A DNA stretch of 64,000 nucleotides from Lama guanicoe (Eukaryota). Within the stretch, counting starts at the first letter, position 1, and every line of letters begins with the position of its first letter. Under the pieces are notes generated by a model. It worked only from the letters and a program-made list of their open reading frames with translations. It was not told the DNA's origin and made no database searches. The position numbers and the translations under genes were made by a program. Location: the NCBI GenBank assembly GCA_013239625.1, contig MU054323.1:5259220-5323219 (forward strand). The letters are read 5' to 3'. Of the stretch, positions 51,721 through 62,964 are shown piece after piece.

Positions 51721-52314
51721 TGAACCCTGCTTTTGTTTCGTTGTTTTTGTTTTTGAGATGCTTGGCTAAGGAAACTGCAGGGAAATGAGACTATTTTGAG
51801 AGAATCTTTTATTTTGAAGTCAGATGTGAGAGGAAAAGAATCCCAATGGAAGAGTTGAAGAAAACAGACCGACTCCTCAGAACCTACAGGAAGAAAAGGA
51901 GAAACAGGGAACCCACTGGAGCATTACAAGTGGTTCCAAGTACCGAGCAAGACACAGCCTCATGGAGTTCCCCAGTAATTCTTTAACATAAAAATGAATA
52001 AAACTTCTTTTTAAAGATGATGAGAAATATGTAAATATAATGTATCAGCCCTATCTTAGTGGTTAATATTATACAGAAAATTTCAATTTACTGCAAAACA
52101 CCAGTGATAATTTCCCTTTGAAAAATGCCAAATATAAAACTACACTGAATTTTCAAGGAATTGCAGTGGCTTAAATTTCATTGCTTGCATGTCTGTGGCC
52201 TATGAGACCTATCCTTCTTCTGAGCACTCTTGATTTGACCCTTTGATCAATATACAGCCTGGAAGCAACTTACCTAGATCCTATTAGACTCGCCCTGTAC
52301 AGAAACATTCTTAC

Positions 52315-52395
52315 TGACCATAATTCAATACCGTATCTTTGTTTTTATGTCAAGGGCCAATAAAAATTAGCCATATCAATATATGTCAGTATAAC
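52315..52395 (-). pseudogene. Candidate exon (GYTDIY*YG*FLLALDIKTKIRY*IMV)
   Basis: Acceptor gatttttgtag|G, donor TCA|gtaaga; 81 nt, phase 1 to 1. Upstream intron is only 62 nt. Confidence 0.5.
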
Positions 52396-52457
52396 CTACA
52401 AAAATCATCACTGAAAACAGTGTACATTGCATCCTGACGCGAGGGCTCAAACATTAC

Positions 52458-52676
52458 CATCTAATGTTTATTTCTAGAAGTGTTTCTCTGCCCCAAAGAC
52501 ACTGCATCTCTTGGAACCAGATGATTAAGATTAAAGCGCATCTCTTCCTGTTCTTTTTGTTAGAGTTCCAAGTAGTTTACTGTTAATTTGTGTTTGACAT
52601 GTCATTTATCCTTCTTATTTTTTCCTACTTCAAAGGTTACTTTAAACTTTTCTTACATTGTGAGCTATTTTAAATA
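52458..52676 (-). pseudogene. Candidate exon (...LTVNYLEL*QKEQEEMRFNLNHLVPRDAVSL / AEKHF*K*TLD)
   Basis: Acceptor ctctctacttttaaag|T, donor ATG|gtaatg; purine-rich, multiple stops and frameshifts. Confidence 0.5.
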
Positions 52677-53576
52677 CTTTAAAAGTAGAGAGGACATAAA
52701 TAATATACACATAAATGCATTAAGGATAAATGTAGTGTTAAACTTAAGTCTGAGACAGGGCTGGAAGACTTTGATAAAGTATCATTCGCTAGGGGTTGCT
52801 GGATTTTTTGGGTGCAAATTGTGGAACTACAGAAATTATGATGAGTCTATCTTTAACCATGCAAGATAGATTCACCCAAAAGGCTAGACTCGTTTAACAC
52901 TTCAGAATTAATTTCCCTGGTTCTTAGGAATTCCTAACAGGTGTAAGTGCAATGAACACACACATTTACTCCTTAGTGACCAAGACCACAGAGATCCATA
53001 AAGGTCTTTCACATGCAAAAATAAAAATAAAAGAAGATAAAATAAATAAAAATAAAATAACTTGAGTACAGTCAAATGTGAATTCAGATAGAGACCTCAG
53101 ATTATGCCAGTCCCCTCTTCCAAGTAATACTGTAATGTCCATTTCCCTTCTACATGACTTGAGGGCTCACAGAAAGGACATGCCTTCTACTGTTTTAAAA
53201 ACAATTTCAAGGACTTCAGATGGTAGAGAGAGAAAAACTAATTGTATAAAGATAAAGCCTCCAGAGAGTTTCTGTTGATATTGCCTTCATGGAAGAGAAG
53301 TTTAAGACACAGTGATTATTAAAACAGGAAAACTCATCCACGCTCTCATTAAAGTAGATAACAAAATGATTTTGCTTAGAGCAACACATGTGAAATCTCT
53401 TAATTTTCTTCCTAAACCATGTGACTCTTTAGCAGCTTAGATAAAAGAAGCAGTTAGAGCAGATGAGCATCAGATCTCCCGTTAATGCAAAGTAAATTGA
53501 ATTCTAGGGAATCTTGGTTCTTTCAAGTTGGCTGAGGGTACCACAGTTCAATACAAAAACCATTACACTTACTTAC

Positions 53577-53789
53577 CACGCTACAAAGTCCTCCAAATCA
53601 TTTATAAGGGCTGAGCCCTCACGAATGGCCCCAAGCTTGCCTGCTTCATTGCCAATAAATCCAAGCCCTCCTCAGACATTACTGAATTGTTCTGGCAGTC
53701 ATACGCAGCACAGATCTCCTTTCTCCTTTTTTTTTTTCAAATCTTATGGTTGGCTTTTCTTGCTAACTTTTTTTTCCCCTTTCCTTTAC
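53577..53789 (-). pseudogene. Candidate exon (KGKGKKKLARKANHKI*KKKRRKEICAAYDCQNNSVMSEEGLDLLAMKQASLGPFVRAQPL*MIWRTL*R)
   Basis: Acceptor ttgttgcag|G, strong donor GTG|gtaagt; 213 nt, phase 1 to 1, single frame with 3 stops. Confidence 0.55.
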
Positions 53790-53942
53790 CTGCAACAACC
53801 CTGATTCTGGCCACCGATGTTCACACTCCTATAATGCTTGGCACATACCCTGGGGTCAAGGCATGTTACTCTGCAATCAACAATGGTCTGTTGGGAAGAC
53901 CCAGCCATTTATCATAATGGAACCCCACGGCATCCCACTAAC

Positions 53943-54116
53943 TTCTCCTCATTTCACACCTGGCAAACTCTCCATCAAAAGGATTTAAGATTTCACTCCA
54001 TGCTGAGCACTTGTAACCGTAGGATTGGTTCTCTGCTCTGGTGCCAGGAGAATGGAAGTGCCCAGAGCATGGACGTGTCTGGAGCACTTTAATTTCCACT
54101 TACACAAGCTAACAAA
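53943..54116 (-). pseudogene. Candidate exon (C*LV*VEIKVLQTRP...EFARCEMRR)
   Basis: Acceptor gcttttgttatcactctag|T, donor |gttagt; 174 nt, symmetric phase 1. Confidence 0.4.
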
Positions 54117-54482
54117 CTAGAGTGATAACAAAAGCAATCAAAATAGAGGCTAACCCACAAAAGATTTAAATTGAGTATTGGAGATTATTATAAAATTTCT
54201 TCTGTCATCAAAGTAGTGTTATTTTAAATGTGACTTAAACTAGTCATAATCCTTAAAGGGACACCAAATGGGATGGAACCATACTGATTAAGAGAGCACA
54301 GTTTGGATACTGGCCATCACGAATCTCTGAAACAAGATATAGCTGGTAGGCTAGATTGCCTGGGTCAACTTGGTATGACTGCACCTGCTTAAGGTTGGAA
54401 TTATGTTTTCCCTTTTCCTGAATTCCTCTCCTATGCCATTTTGGGTGAGAGCTTGTCAATGAGATGAATTCACATGAGATTT

Positions 54483-54594
54483 TAGGGTAATCAGCCACTC
54501 CAGTTTTCCCAGAATGGAAGCATTGCCAGGCATATACGACTTTCACTGCTAAAACTGAGAAAGTTTTGAGCCAACCCAGTTGGTTGGTGACCCT
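54483..54594. mobile_element. MER94-like hAT-Blackjack MITE
   Basis: TIRs agggtaatca / tggtgaccct; gactttca.tgctaaaac core. Confidence 0.7.
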
Positions 54595-57079
54595 TGATTT
54601 GGAAAATGAAAGTGATGCCAAGATCATTACCCTTGGAAGATGGTGGTGGTCAGAGTGATGAAGAGATGCAAGGGTTTCCCACAGGACACAGCTTATCCCT
54701 GCTCCTCTCCTGTCCTGATTCCAACCAGTCCACCCAATCTCTGGCCCTGCCTCCTATTGGTCAACAGGGGCCACAAGCCCAGCAGAAGATGCTCGGATGC
54801 AAATCCTCAGAAGTAGCATTTCCATTGGGCAGGGGTTGTCAGAGAGGCAGCAGTCCCTAGAGGACTAATTGCTACCACAGACCCCTCCATCTGCCTCCCT
54901 GTTGCAGCCCTGCTTCAACAGGCAGACGTGGGAGATGCTCCCTGCACTCCCACAAGCTCTGACCTGCCAGCCGCACCAGCACTTCAGACAGAATTCATCA
55001 CGGGTTGATCCTCCGACTCTCACCTTCTAGAGTTCACTGCCCAGGCCTTCCTACTCCATGGAAGTTCCAATTCCTGTATTAAGTACCTCATCTTCCTGAC
55101 TGAAACCTGAGTGCTGAGTAATCATGATATGGTACCAAACAGTCGCTGTTGAGGAATCAGAAACACACACCAGGAGCCTAATTACACAATCAACAACAGT
55201 AACTAAACGCAACTGCCTTTTCCTCAGAGAAGTTCATCCACCTCTTCCCCTACCCCTAGTTTTCTTTCCCATAATAACTCATTCCTTTTAATTTTATATT
55301 TGTGTGATTATTAATTTAATTCCTGTTCTTCCTTGCTACCCCACTGAAGACTGGAATCCTATTTGTGCTCTTCAATACCACATAGACTGTCTCCTTGGAG
55401 ACTACAAAATATCTGGCACACAGGAGGTGTACCAGGAAGTGCAATGAGCCTCTGTAGGTGAGTAAATTTAAAGAACCATGATTTGGAACCTAGAAAACAA
55501 AGGAACACACACATACATTTGTTCTTTAACTATGAGCCACAATTTGTGTCTTAAAAGAAGGAAATAAACAATTCTCCAGCTCTAAACACCGAGAGCCTTT
55601 TTACATTCCACCAGTAACGTAACCCATGACCAGGTAAATACTTGTCTTCTTTATTTCCCCCAACAAAGAGAATCAATTACAAACTTCTCTGTTAATCCCC
55701 TAAGTACAATGTGAAGTCCATTAAAGGCTCAGAAGTTAGTAACCCTGGGATAGAGAGTAATGTTTCTACCATTCAGTGAATAATGGCTCCACGTTGTCCC
55801 AAGGAGAATTTTCCTGGGTTGCCATTCGGTTTGTTTGTTAGTTGGTTTTAAATCATTTAATGGGTCAGAAAGACGCTCGCCTGCATGAATACCAATGTTC
55901 CTGCAAGAGTACAGAGGAGCAGTGGGCATCAGTGCAAGCTGGTCACAATCTGCCTTCTGGCTGTCACTTTGGGATTTTTGCCTTCAGTAAAGTTTTGGAA
56001 TTCATTGCAAACCTGTAATGTCAACGTGTGTTAAGTGGACTTAAAGGGCTGTCTATTCCCCAATGAATAGGACACTGAATAAATGGGCCAGCCCAGCCAA
56101 AACTGGCCTCTAAGACAAGAAGTGCAATTCTGGAGGCCAAAACATTTTCTAAGTCCAGTTTCCACTTCACTTGCAGAACCAGTCCATTTTGGAGATCACT
56201 CATATGGTTTCAGGACCAACACTGATAATTCCTCTCAGAGCACTCGCCAGAAGTAGGGTTTTCTCACTGTGTCCTAGGGCCTGTGCATGAGCTCAGTCTC
56301 CAAGATACCTCCCCTCTCATCTGAAGTTCTACAAGAGGCAGGTGGACACCCAGGGTGGTAACAGAGACTCTACAAGGGTCTCAACCAACAAGCCACATTC
56401 AGCAGTCACCCTACTTTCTTTGCTGAGACAGAGAAGTTGGCAAGCATACATTTCCACAGAAAGTAACCAACATCCCACAGTGAGTGGGTCTATGAAGCAA
56501 CCCCTGAGCATCAGAAGAAGGATGGTGCTCCAAGAGGCCAACCAAACAGCACATTCATTTCCCAGATGGGTAAAAGGAGACATATGTAAAGAAAGGGGAC
56601 AGGTGCAGAACTTTCTTTCAAAAAGAGTGAAAATGAAAGCAGTACCTCTTCTTAGGTCATTATTCTCAGCGCTTAAAGGAAACCTGCTCTGTGTGAGCCA
56701 CAAGTCACCTAGGGGATGGAGGCACTGAAGACCAAAAGACGCAGTGAGTGGTAAGGTTTGGCAAGGTTTTGTTTGTCTGTTTTAATGCTACCCAGCACCT
56801 GGACCCCTCTGCTAGACTAAGTCCTGGTCACACCTGCCTCACACAGTAGAAATCAGGATGGAGCTGGGTCGCCTCCCTCTTCCCTCTCCCTGTTCCTGCC
56901 TGATATTTTGGATTATCAAGGAATAAAAAATAAAATAAAATAAAATAAAAACGCAGGGACAATTGTGAAATTATTCAGTAGGAGAGCAGAGCCGTGCCAA
57001 GACTGTGAGCCGACGGGGAGGAACATGAGGTTCGGGGGCAGTGGCAGGGAGCGCCCAGTGCCAGGGCAGTTATCTTAAC

Positions 57080-57190
57080 CTGCTAATTCCAAGGCGTGAC
57101 TTGTTTCAGACCAGGATCTGTTCCAGTCTGTCCTTCCAAATGCCTCACCATTCTTAATTCCTGTTGTTTTTCCAAATCTGGTTCTCCAGC
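57080..57190 (-). pseudogene. Candidate exon (LENQIWK... / KQQELRMVRHLEG...)
   Basis: Weak acceptor ...caatgaag|G; donors ATG|gtgagg (57149) or CAG|gttaag (57080); the phase-2 frame is open. Confidence 0.4.
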
Positions 57191-57509
57191 CTTCATTGGA
57201 TTCAGAGATAATACATTCCTCATGTTTGACTCTGGCAGAGATTTGTGACTTCACAGTCTGGCAGTGGTAGTTATGGTGAGGCAGAAAAAGCCACCTAGAG
57301 AAGACAAATGGGGTCTAGTGCTGGCTGGACAGCTCGATGGCTGCGTGGCTCTGGGAAAGCCAATCCCCTTCACTAGAACTCAACTTCCTCATTCTACCCT
57401 AAAAGCACACTGGAATATTACTACAGTATTTGTGCCATCTTTTGTTGTGTACATTGTTATCGATGCCTAAGACGATGTCCTTAAACTTCCTAATACCTCC
57501 AATGAATTA

Positions 57510-57990
57510 ATTCAATTTAACAAATCTACTGAATACGTATGTTGTGTCAGGCAGCATGCTAAATGCTGGAACATAACAATGAATAGATCAGTCATGGTTT
57601 CTGTCCTCTTGGGCCTTACGAGGAAGACAAGCAATCGGCAGTCAGGTACCATGGAGCAGGGGAAGCATTATGCTCTAACAAGGGCAGGGTGTGCTTAGAC
57701 AACTTTGAATGGGGCCCTACCCAGACCTTGGGGATCCAGGAAGTTCCCCCGGAAATTCTGACTTTAAGCTTCTCTGGCAAGAAATGAAGGATGAGTTAGA
57801 TGGATGGGAAGACAAATCATTCCAAACCTAAGGGACAGCACTGACATCAACAGCCAGGAGGAACCAAAAGGGGGTCATAGCCAGTGGGCTGAAGATACAA
57901 TGTGGATGATGTGAAGGAGGTAAGCAGATGCCAGGTCAGACTACACAAGGCAGGCCATTTGCAGGTTTTATTCTAAAAATTAGGAGACTG
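57510..57990 (-). mobile_element. L2 3' fragment
   Basis: ttcaatttaacaaat.tactgaa..tgtcaggc..tgctaaatgctgg..catggtttctgtcctc. Confidence 0.65.
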
Positions 57991-58460
57991 TCTTAGAGAC
58001 TCAATTCCCCTTCCTCCCTTCCCCTCTCCCCTCCTTCCCTTCACAGAGGCAAAAAAGTAAACAAATATGTTTTAGAATGATTTGCAGCAACAAGGGTAGA
58101 ATGAAAACATGTTTTCCGAGTTAATCAGAAAATTACATTAAATGAAACTACCCATTCCCGGAGCCTCTGATTCCCTGAAGTTTCTCTGAGGGTACCTGTT
58201 GAAGCTGTTCCTTGGGAAACACACATCCTGCCCTCACTAGTAAGCTGCTCAGCAGGGCAGAAAGGTTGTTTGTCTGCTCCGCTATCTCAAACTTGGGTTA
58301 TTTGACGCAGATTTTCAAAAAGGGCTCACAGATGACAAGGGCATGAGACTGGCATGGAAACCCACTGGAACAAAGCAATCTTAACGCACGCTCCCCTGGG
58401 CTCCCTGGAGCATCTTTTTCCCAGAGAGTGCCACATCTTAACAAACACCCATCCACTCAC

Positions 58461-58489
58461 CCTTTGCGCCTCAGAGCAGATGAGATTTG
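58461..58489 (-). pseudogene. Candidate micro-exon (QISSALRRK(G))
   Basis: Acceptor ctcctccttctctggtag|C, donor AGG|gtgagt; 29 nt, phase 0 to 2, open. Confidence 0.55.
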
Positions 58490-58629
58490 CTACCAGAGAA
58501 GGAGGAGTAGTTCCAACAAGAGTTAATTTTGCCAGTTTCCCCCACAATGTGCTCTTCAGAAGGACTGTGCGAGCTTATCACCTTTATTTTCTTAATCTCC
58601 ATGTTCCTAGGTTTCCTCATTACTCATGA

Positions 58630-59345
58630 GCCTTCTTCTTTGACCAAGACAGAGTCTATCCATGTCCCTTCCAAAATCTGACACTCAGAGCTCCGCCTGT
58701 GCAAGGTCAGACCTGGCCCAGTGCTATAGCCCAGCCACCTCCCTCACCCCGAACCCTGCCCTTCTGGCAACGGAGTTGGCTTGTGCTGGCATCTTTGACA
58801 TTCATGTCACACTGTGGATTCCCACTGAGCCTGCTGTCAATGAAATCTCCAAAGCGTCATCCCGTGCATTGCAGTTTAGCCACTTCTCCCCCATCTCATG
58901 TACAGTTTGACTTCTGAACCCAAGTGCAGGACCCTCCATTTATCCCTATTAAATTTCATCTTGTTAGATTCAGGCTATTGTTCCAGCCTGTCGAAATCGT
59001 TTTACATCTTGGCCCTGTCGGCTGTCTCCCCCTTTGCTCTGTGTCATCCGTGAGTTTGATCAGCATGCCTTCCATGTCTTCATCTAAGCCATCGATGGGG
59101 AGGTTGGGGAGCACAGAGGCAAGGACATGGCCCTCCAGGTCCCGGGAGATTGCTCTGCCGGCCACTGGTGATCAGTCAGTCGGCATTCATTGAGTACTGT
59201 CTTTCATCCAGGTTCCAGTTCACTGAGCTACATTATCATCCAGCCCACATCTCTCCATCAAGTCCATCACAGTATCAGAAGCTACTCTGTCAAACGTCTT
59301 GCTAATACCCAGATACCCCCTGCTAGGGCATCCCTTCATCTCCTC
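58630..59345 (-). mobile_element. CR1/L3 LINE reverse transcriptase remnant
   Basis: YLGISKTFDRV (YLDFSKAFD-like) and IDGLDEDMEGMLIKLTDDT (INDLD...KFADDT-like). Confidence 0.85.
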
Positions 59346-59660
59346 ATATAGGGAGACTGACGGCATTGATAAACACGGTTTACGTAGAGCAGGGTTTCTA
59401 CAGGAGGGTGGTGGCAGAGTTCGATCATTCCACTGGAAAAGGAGCTCCTTAAAGCTAGGAATGTTTGTCTGTTTTGCTCCTAGCTGTTTCTCCAGCACCC
59501 AGGGCAGTGGCTAACAATAGGAGACACTTAAATATCTATTACATGACTGAATCAATGAACATAGCTATAATTTAACCAATTCAAAAAGCAAAGTATCTGT
59601 GGAGCCCCAGATGAAGAAATAATAAGATAGGATGCAGGATTTATTCCCTGTCACCTAGAC

Positions 59661-59871
59661 CAGGGTTTGTCAAACTACAGCCAAATCAGGCTCACTGCTT
59701 GGCTTTGTGAATAAAGTTTTATCAGAACACAGACATGTCCATTCATTCACATACTGTCCATGGCTGTCCTTAGGCTATCATGGGGGATTCCAATATTTAT
59801 GACAGAAACTGTATGGTCCAAAAGCTGAAAATACTACCTGGCTTTGTACGGAAAAAGTGTGCTGACCACTG
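59661..59871. mobile_element. MER58A-like hAT-Charlie element
   Basis: cagggtttgtcaaactac...ataaagttttat..gaacacag...gctgaccactg; partial TSD accta. Confidence 0.85.
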
Positions 59872-59992
59872 ACCTAAGGAATTCAATCTAAACTCTTGCT
59901 ATCTAAGACTCTCCCTGATCTAACCTTTTGCTAATTTTCTTATCAAGATTCATGCTCTGGAAAAATACTCCCAAATGCATCATGCCTGTTAC

Positions 59993-60071
59993 CTTCTCTG
60001 CCTTTTCCCCACTGTTGGATATAACCAGAGCGTCCCATCCTCCTAGCCGGGGCTTTGTCAACATTGCACAT
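59993..60071 (-). pseudogene. Candidate exon ((R)CAMLTKPRLGGWDALVISNSGEKAEK)
   Basis: Acceptor ttcttctgtgtgtag|A, donor AAG|gtaaca; 79 nt, phase 2 to 0, open. Confidence 0.55.
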
Positions 60072-60826
60072 CTACACACAGAAGAACTATGTGCAAAATA
60101 CACACACCTAGGTAGCAAACCTTGGCTGAATGCCTAGTATAGGCTGATCACTATATTAGACATTTTATCTTCACAGTAGTCTCGCAAGGTAGATAGTATC
60201 TCCTTTCTTTCTACTGAGGAAACTGAGGAATTAAGCAACTGACTCAATGATTCATAGAGAATAAAGGTTTCGACTGAAGCTTGGTCTAACGTTTGTCATA
60301 ATCCACTTGTTATTTGGTTTCTTTTTGCTCATTGCACGTTCAGAAATAAGCCAGTTTGCAAAGGGGAAAAATGGGACATATCCAATTCTACAGAAATCTT
60401 GATTTGGGGATTAATTATATAATCAAATTAAATTCTTTCAGATCTTCCATTGATGTTTATGTCAGCCCAAGTCAATTTTATTTTGAAAAGCCATTAACTA
60501 GCCTGACTTTAAACAATAAAATCAATTCAGAAATGGTTCATTCAGTTAAAAATCTGAGACAGCCATATTAATGCAACTATATTTGAACAACTGTCCTAAG
60601 TTCAGTTCATTCACATCCAGCCCTAAATCACACTGTGCGCTTCACTCGGACAGCTCCCAGCCCATCTGCCGATGCACAGATGGGCTGGCCTGTGCGTGTG
60701 AGCTTCTCTTTAGATGCCGCGTGTAACAGCAACAATGACGGACCTTGTGAGTCTGCCAGGAACCTAGCACGTAGCCCGGCTCTTCCTCACAGTATCTCTG
60801 GGCAGCAGGTAAGCGCCCGGCATTAC

Positions 60827-61133
60827 CTAATCACAGTTTCTGCTTATGTCTCTCCACTTCAAATCGCTTCCCCAGCCCAGGCCGGTTCTTTCCCTCCCCT
60901 AATAACTAGATTTGAGCTTTCCCTTAAGATCATATTTCATCAGCTGCTGGCACATCTCTTCTGCTGCTAATGCCGCACTGATCTGCTCTGGCAAGTCTCC
61001 AGACCTCCTCTGATCACCTTAGGGGCTACAGCCCAGCCAGGCTTTTCTCTCCACCCTCGACCCTTCCATATGCCCCCTTTCCCCACAAGCTCCAGCATCA
61101 ACCCCCTGGCCAGATTTAATTTCTTATCCATGT
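60827..61133 (-). pseudogene. Candidate exon (DMDKKLNLARGLMLELVGKG... / ...DLPEQISAALAAEEMCQQLMKYDLKGKLKSSY*...ETVIR)
   Basis: Acceptor tttttgtttttgtgtctgcttgaatag|AC, donor TAG|gtaatg. Needs one frameshift; ends in phase 2, matching the next exon. Confidence 0.55.
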
Positions 61134-61665
61134 CTATTCAAGCAGACACAAAAACAAAAATAGTATTTCCCTGGAAAGAGCTCATTTCCCATGGCCAAAC
61201 TTAGCACAGCTCCCACCACCAGGAAGCACTTTCCAGGCTTAGGCTGAATCCCTTGAGTGGACCTAGAGAAACAGTGAGACAGATGTAGACAAAGGGGTGG
61301 GGGGAGGAGTCCTATGTGAAAGCACGTTTCGGATCTTCTGGGTATTTTGTTAGATAAACACCACAGGGTAATTTGGTATTTATAGAAGGCTAAAACCCAA
61401 CCTTAAAGATGATAGGGCATCAGCAAGATTTAATTACTCCCTTAGGTCTCTGCTGTACGAGGAAGTGCTCACATGACAACTTGGGCAGCTTGTTTTTTTC
61501 TGGTGTAGCTGCTCTCCGCCCGTGAAGGCACTGAGAGAAACGGCTCCTGGGAGGCGGCGAGCGCACATCATGAGTAGAGACCGTCCCCAGTCTCACCAGT
61601 TCTCAGCAAAAGACAATCTGTGTCGGGCTCATGTGCTTAGCCAAGGGGCCCTAGGGAGAACTGAC

Positions 61666-61839
61666 CAGGCGGCCAGTTGTCCAGGAGCACAGGTGCCAGG
61701 ACAGACCCTTGCAGAGTTCCTGAGCTTCTTAAGAAATGAGAGTGAGGACTTCTGAAAGGAGGACTCCACCATCTGAAGCTCCCTTCTCCTAATACTGCAG
61801 CGTTTGAAGGGGACAGTCAAGGCAGGCTGAATTCTCTCT
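61666..61839 (-). pseudogene. Candidate exon (ENSACLDCPLQTLQY*EKGASDGGVLLSEVLTLIS*EAQELCKGLSWHL...)
   Basis: Pyrimidine tract (ttcttctggtgtttccctgt) but ambiguous AG; donor CTG|gtcagt; protein-like frame with 2 stops. Confidence 0.4.
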
Positions 61840-62964
61840 CTCGTCCCAACAGGGAAACACCAGAAGAACATAAAGCCAGTTTCTGGGCTTTAAGACTCTG
61901 ACTGAAGGAAAGGGAAATGTCTGCCACCTTTACATGCACACCCTCTTCTGTCTGAGGTCTCTCGTTGCTGAATCCAAGGAGGAGTCCCCAGGCCAGCTGC
62001 CTAAGACACTGCATTCGGGACAGAGCCTGCTTGAGACAGTTTCAATAAATCTTCCACTCCGCATTCACCCTGAACACCTCCTCCAGACAGAGCCCTGTGC
62101 TTTCTGAGTGGATCTGCAATGAATAGGACCTTCTCTTTTCTTCTCCAAAATAGAGTTGCAGTAATGTGGTTACATGGACAGTTGCTTACGTTTAATTTCG
62201 TAATAGGGCAAGAAGTAGATTTCTTCTAGGGATGATGGAAGTTCTGGACAATTATGATATTTCTTTGAAAATTCAAGTTCATAGAGTTAGGAGATCAAGA
62301 TTTATAATGCTAGACCTGTGACTTCACCATTCTAGACCACAGTTTCCCCAATCGAAAGATAATGGGGTGGTGGGGGTATGCAATGACTGAGCACTAGACA
62401 ACTGGACCGTTCTTCCTACAGTCCCCTACCCCCAGCAGTTGCCTTCCTGCTACCTGATTGCTGGAAAGCACCACCACGCCGCTAGTGACTAAACCCACTG
62501 AAAATGGTCCTTCATCCACGTTCTTCTTTGCGACAGCCTCACCTCAAATCAAACCAACCACTACAAGCTGTGGACCCACCACCTGTGTATTTCTTGTGCA
62601 TTTCCCCCTCCTCACCATCCCCAAGCTTTCACCTTGGTGGCTAGTTCCTTACCATGGTCTCCTGGTTGGATAGAGCAATCATCTTCTTTCTCATCCCTCT
62701 GTCTCTAGTCTCCCTACCCAAGTCCTAAACACTCTTACCACTTTAAGTCCAGATCTCATAGAAAAGTCATGACTTTTCTTAAATGCAAACCTTACCATGG
62801 TATTCGTGCTTAAAATAATTCACTTCTATAGCTAGAAAATAAAGTCCAAGTGCTTCCTCTGCCCACTGCTCTCTGCATCCCCAGAATCTGGCTCACTTCC
62901 ATGTGACTTACACTTTTGGAAGGAGGTGGCATATATATGTACATATATTTTTTTTTATTTTATG

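Larger units (their letters stand above)
17630..61839 (-). pseudogene. Candidate large multi-exon decayed gene (unprocessed/unitary pseudogene), coiled-coil-like product, identity unknown
   Basis: About 25-30 minus-strand segments flanked by pyrimidine-tract AG and GT (or degraded) donors. They lie in gaps between repeats and many adjacent pairs are phase-compatible. Translations are K/E/Q/L-rich with internal stops and frameshifts. Ends of the locus are uncertain. Confidence 0.62.

Noticed and set aside
17630..61839. Naming the decayed gene (CCDC162-, EVC2- or sorting-nexin-like)
   Set aside because: Only generic coiled-coil resemblance; no motif I can match with confidence
17630..61839. 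Treating the exon chain as an intact protein-coding gene
   Set aside because: Numerous in-frame stops, frameshifts, degraded splice sites and implausibly short introns (47 and 62 nt)
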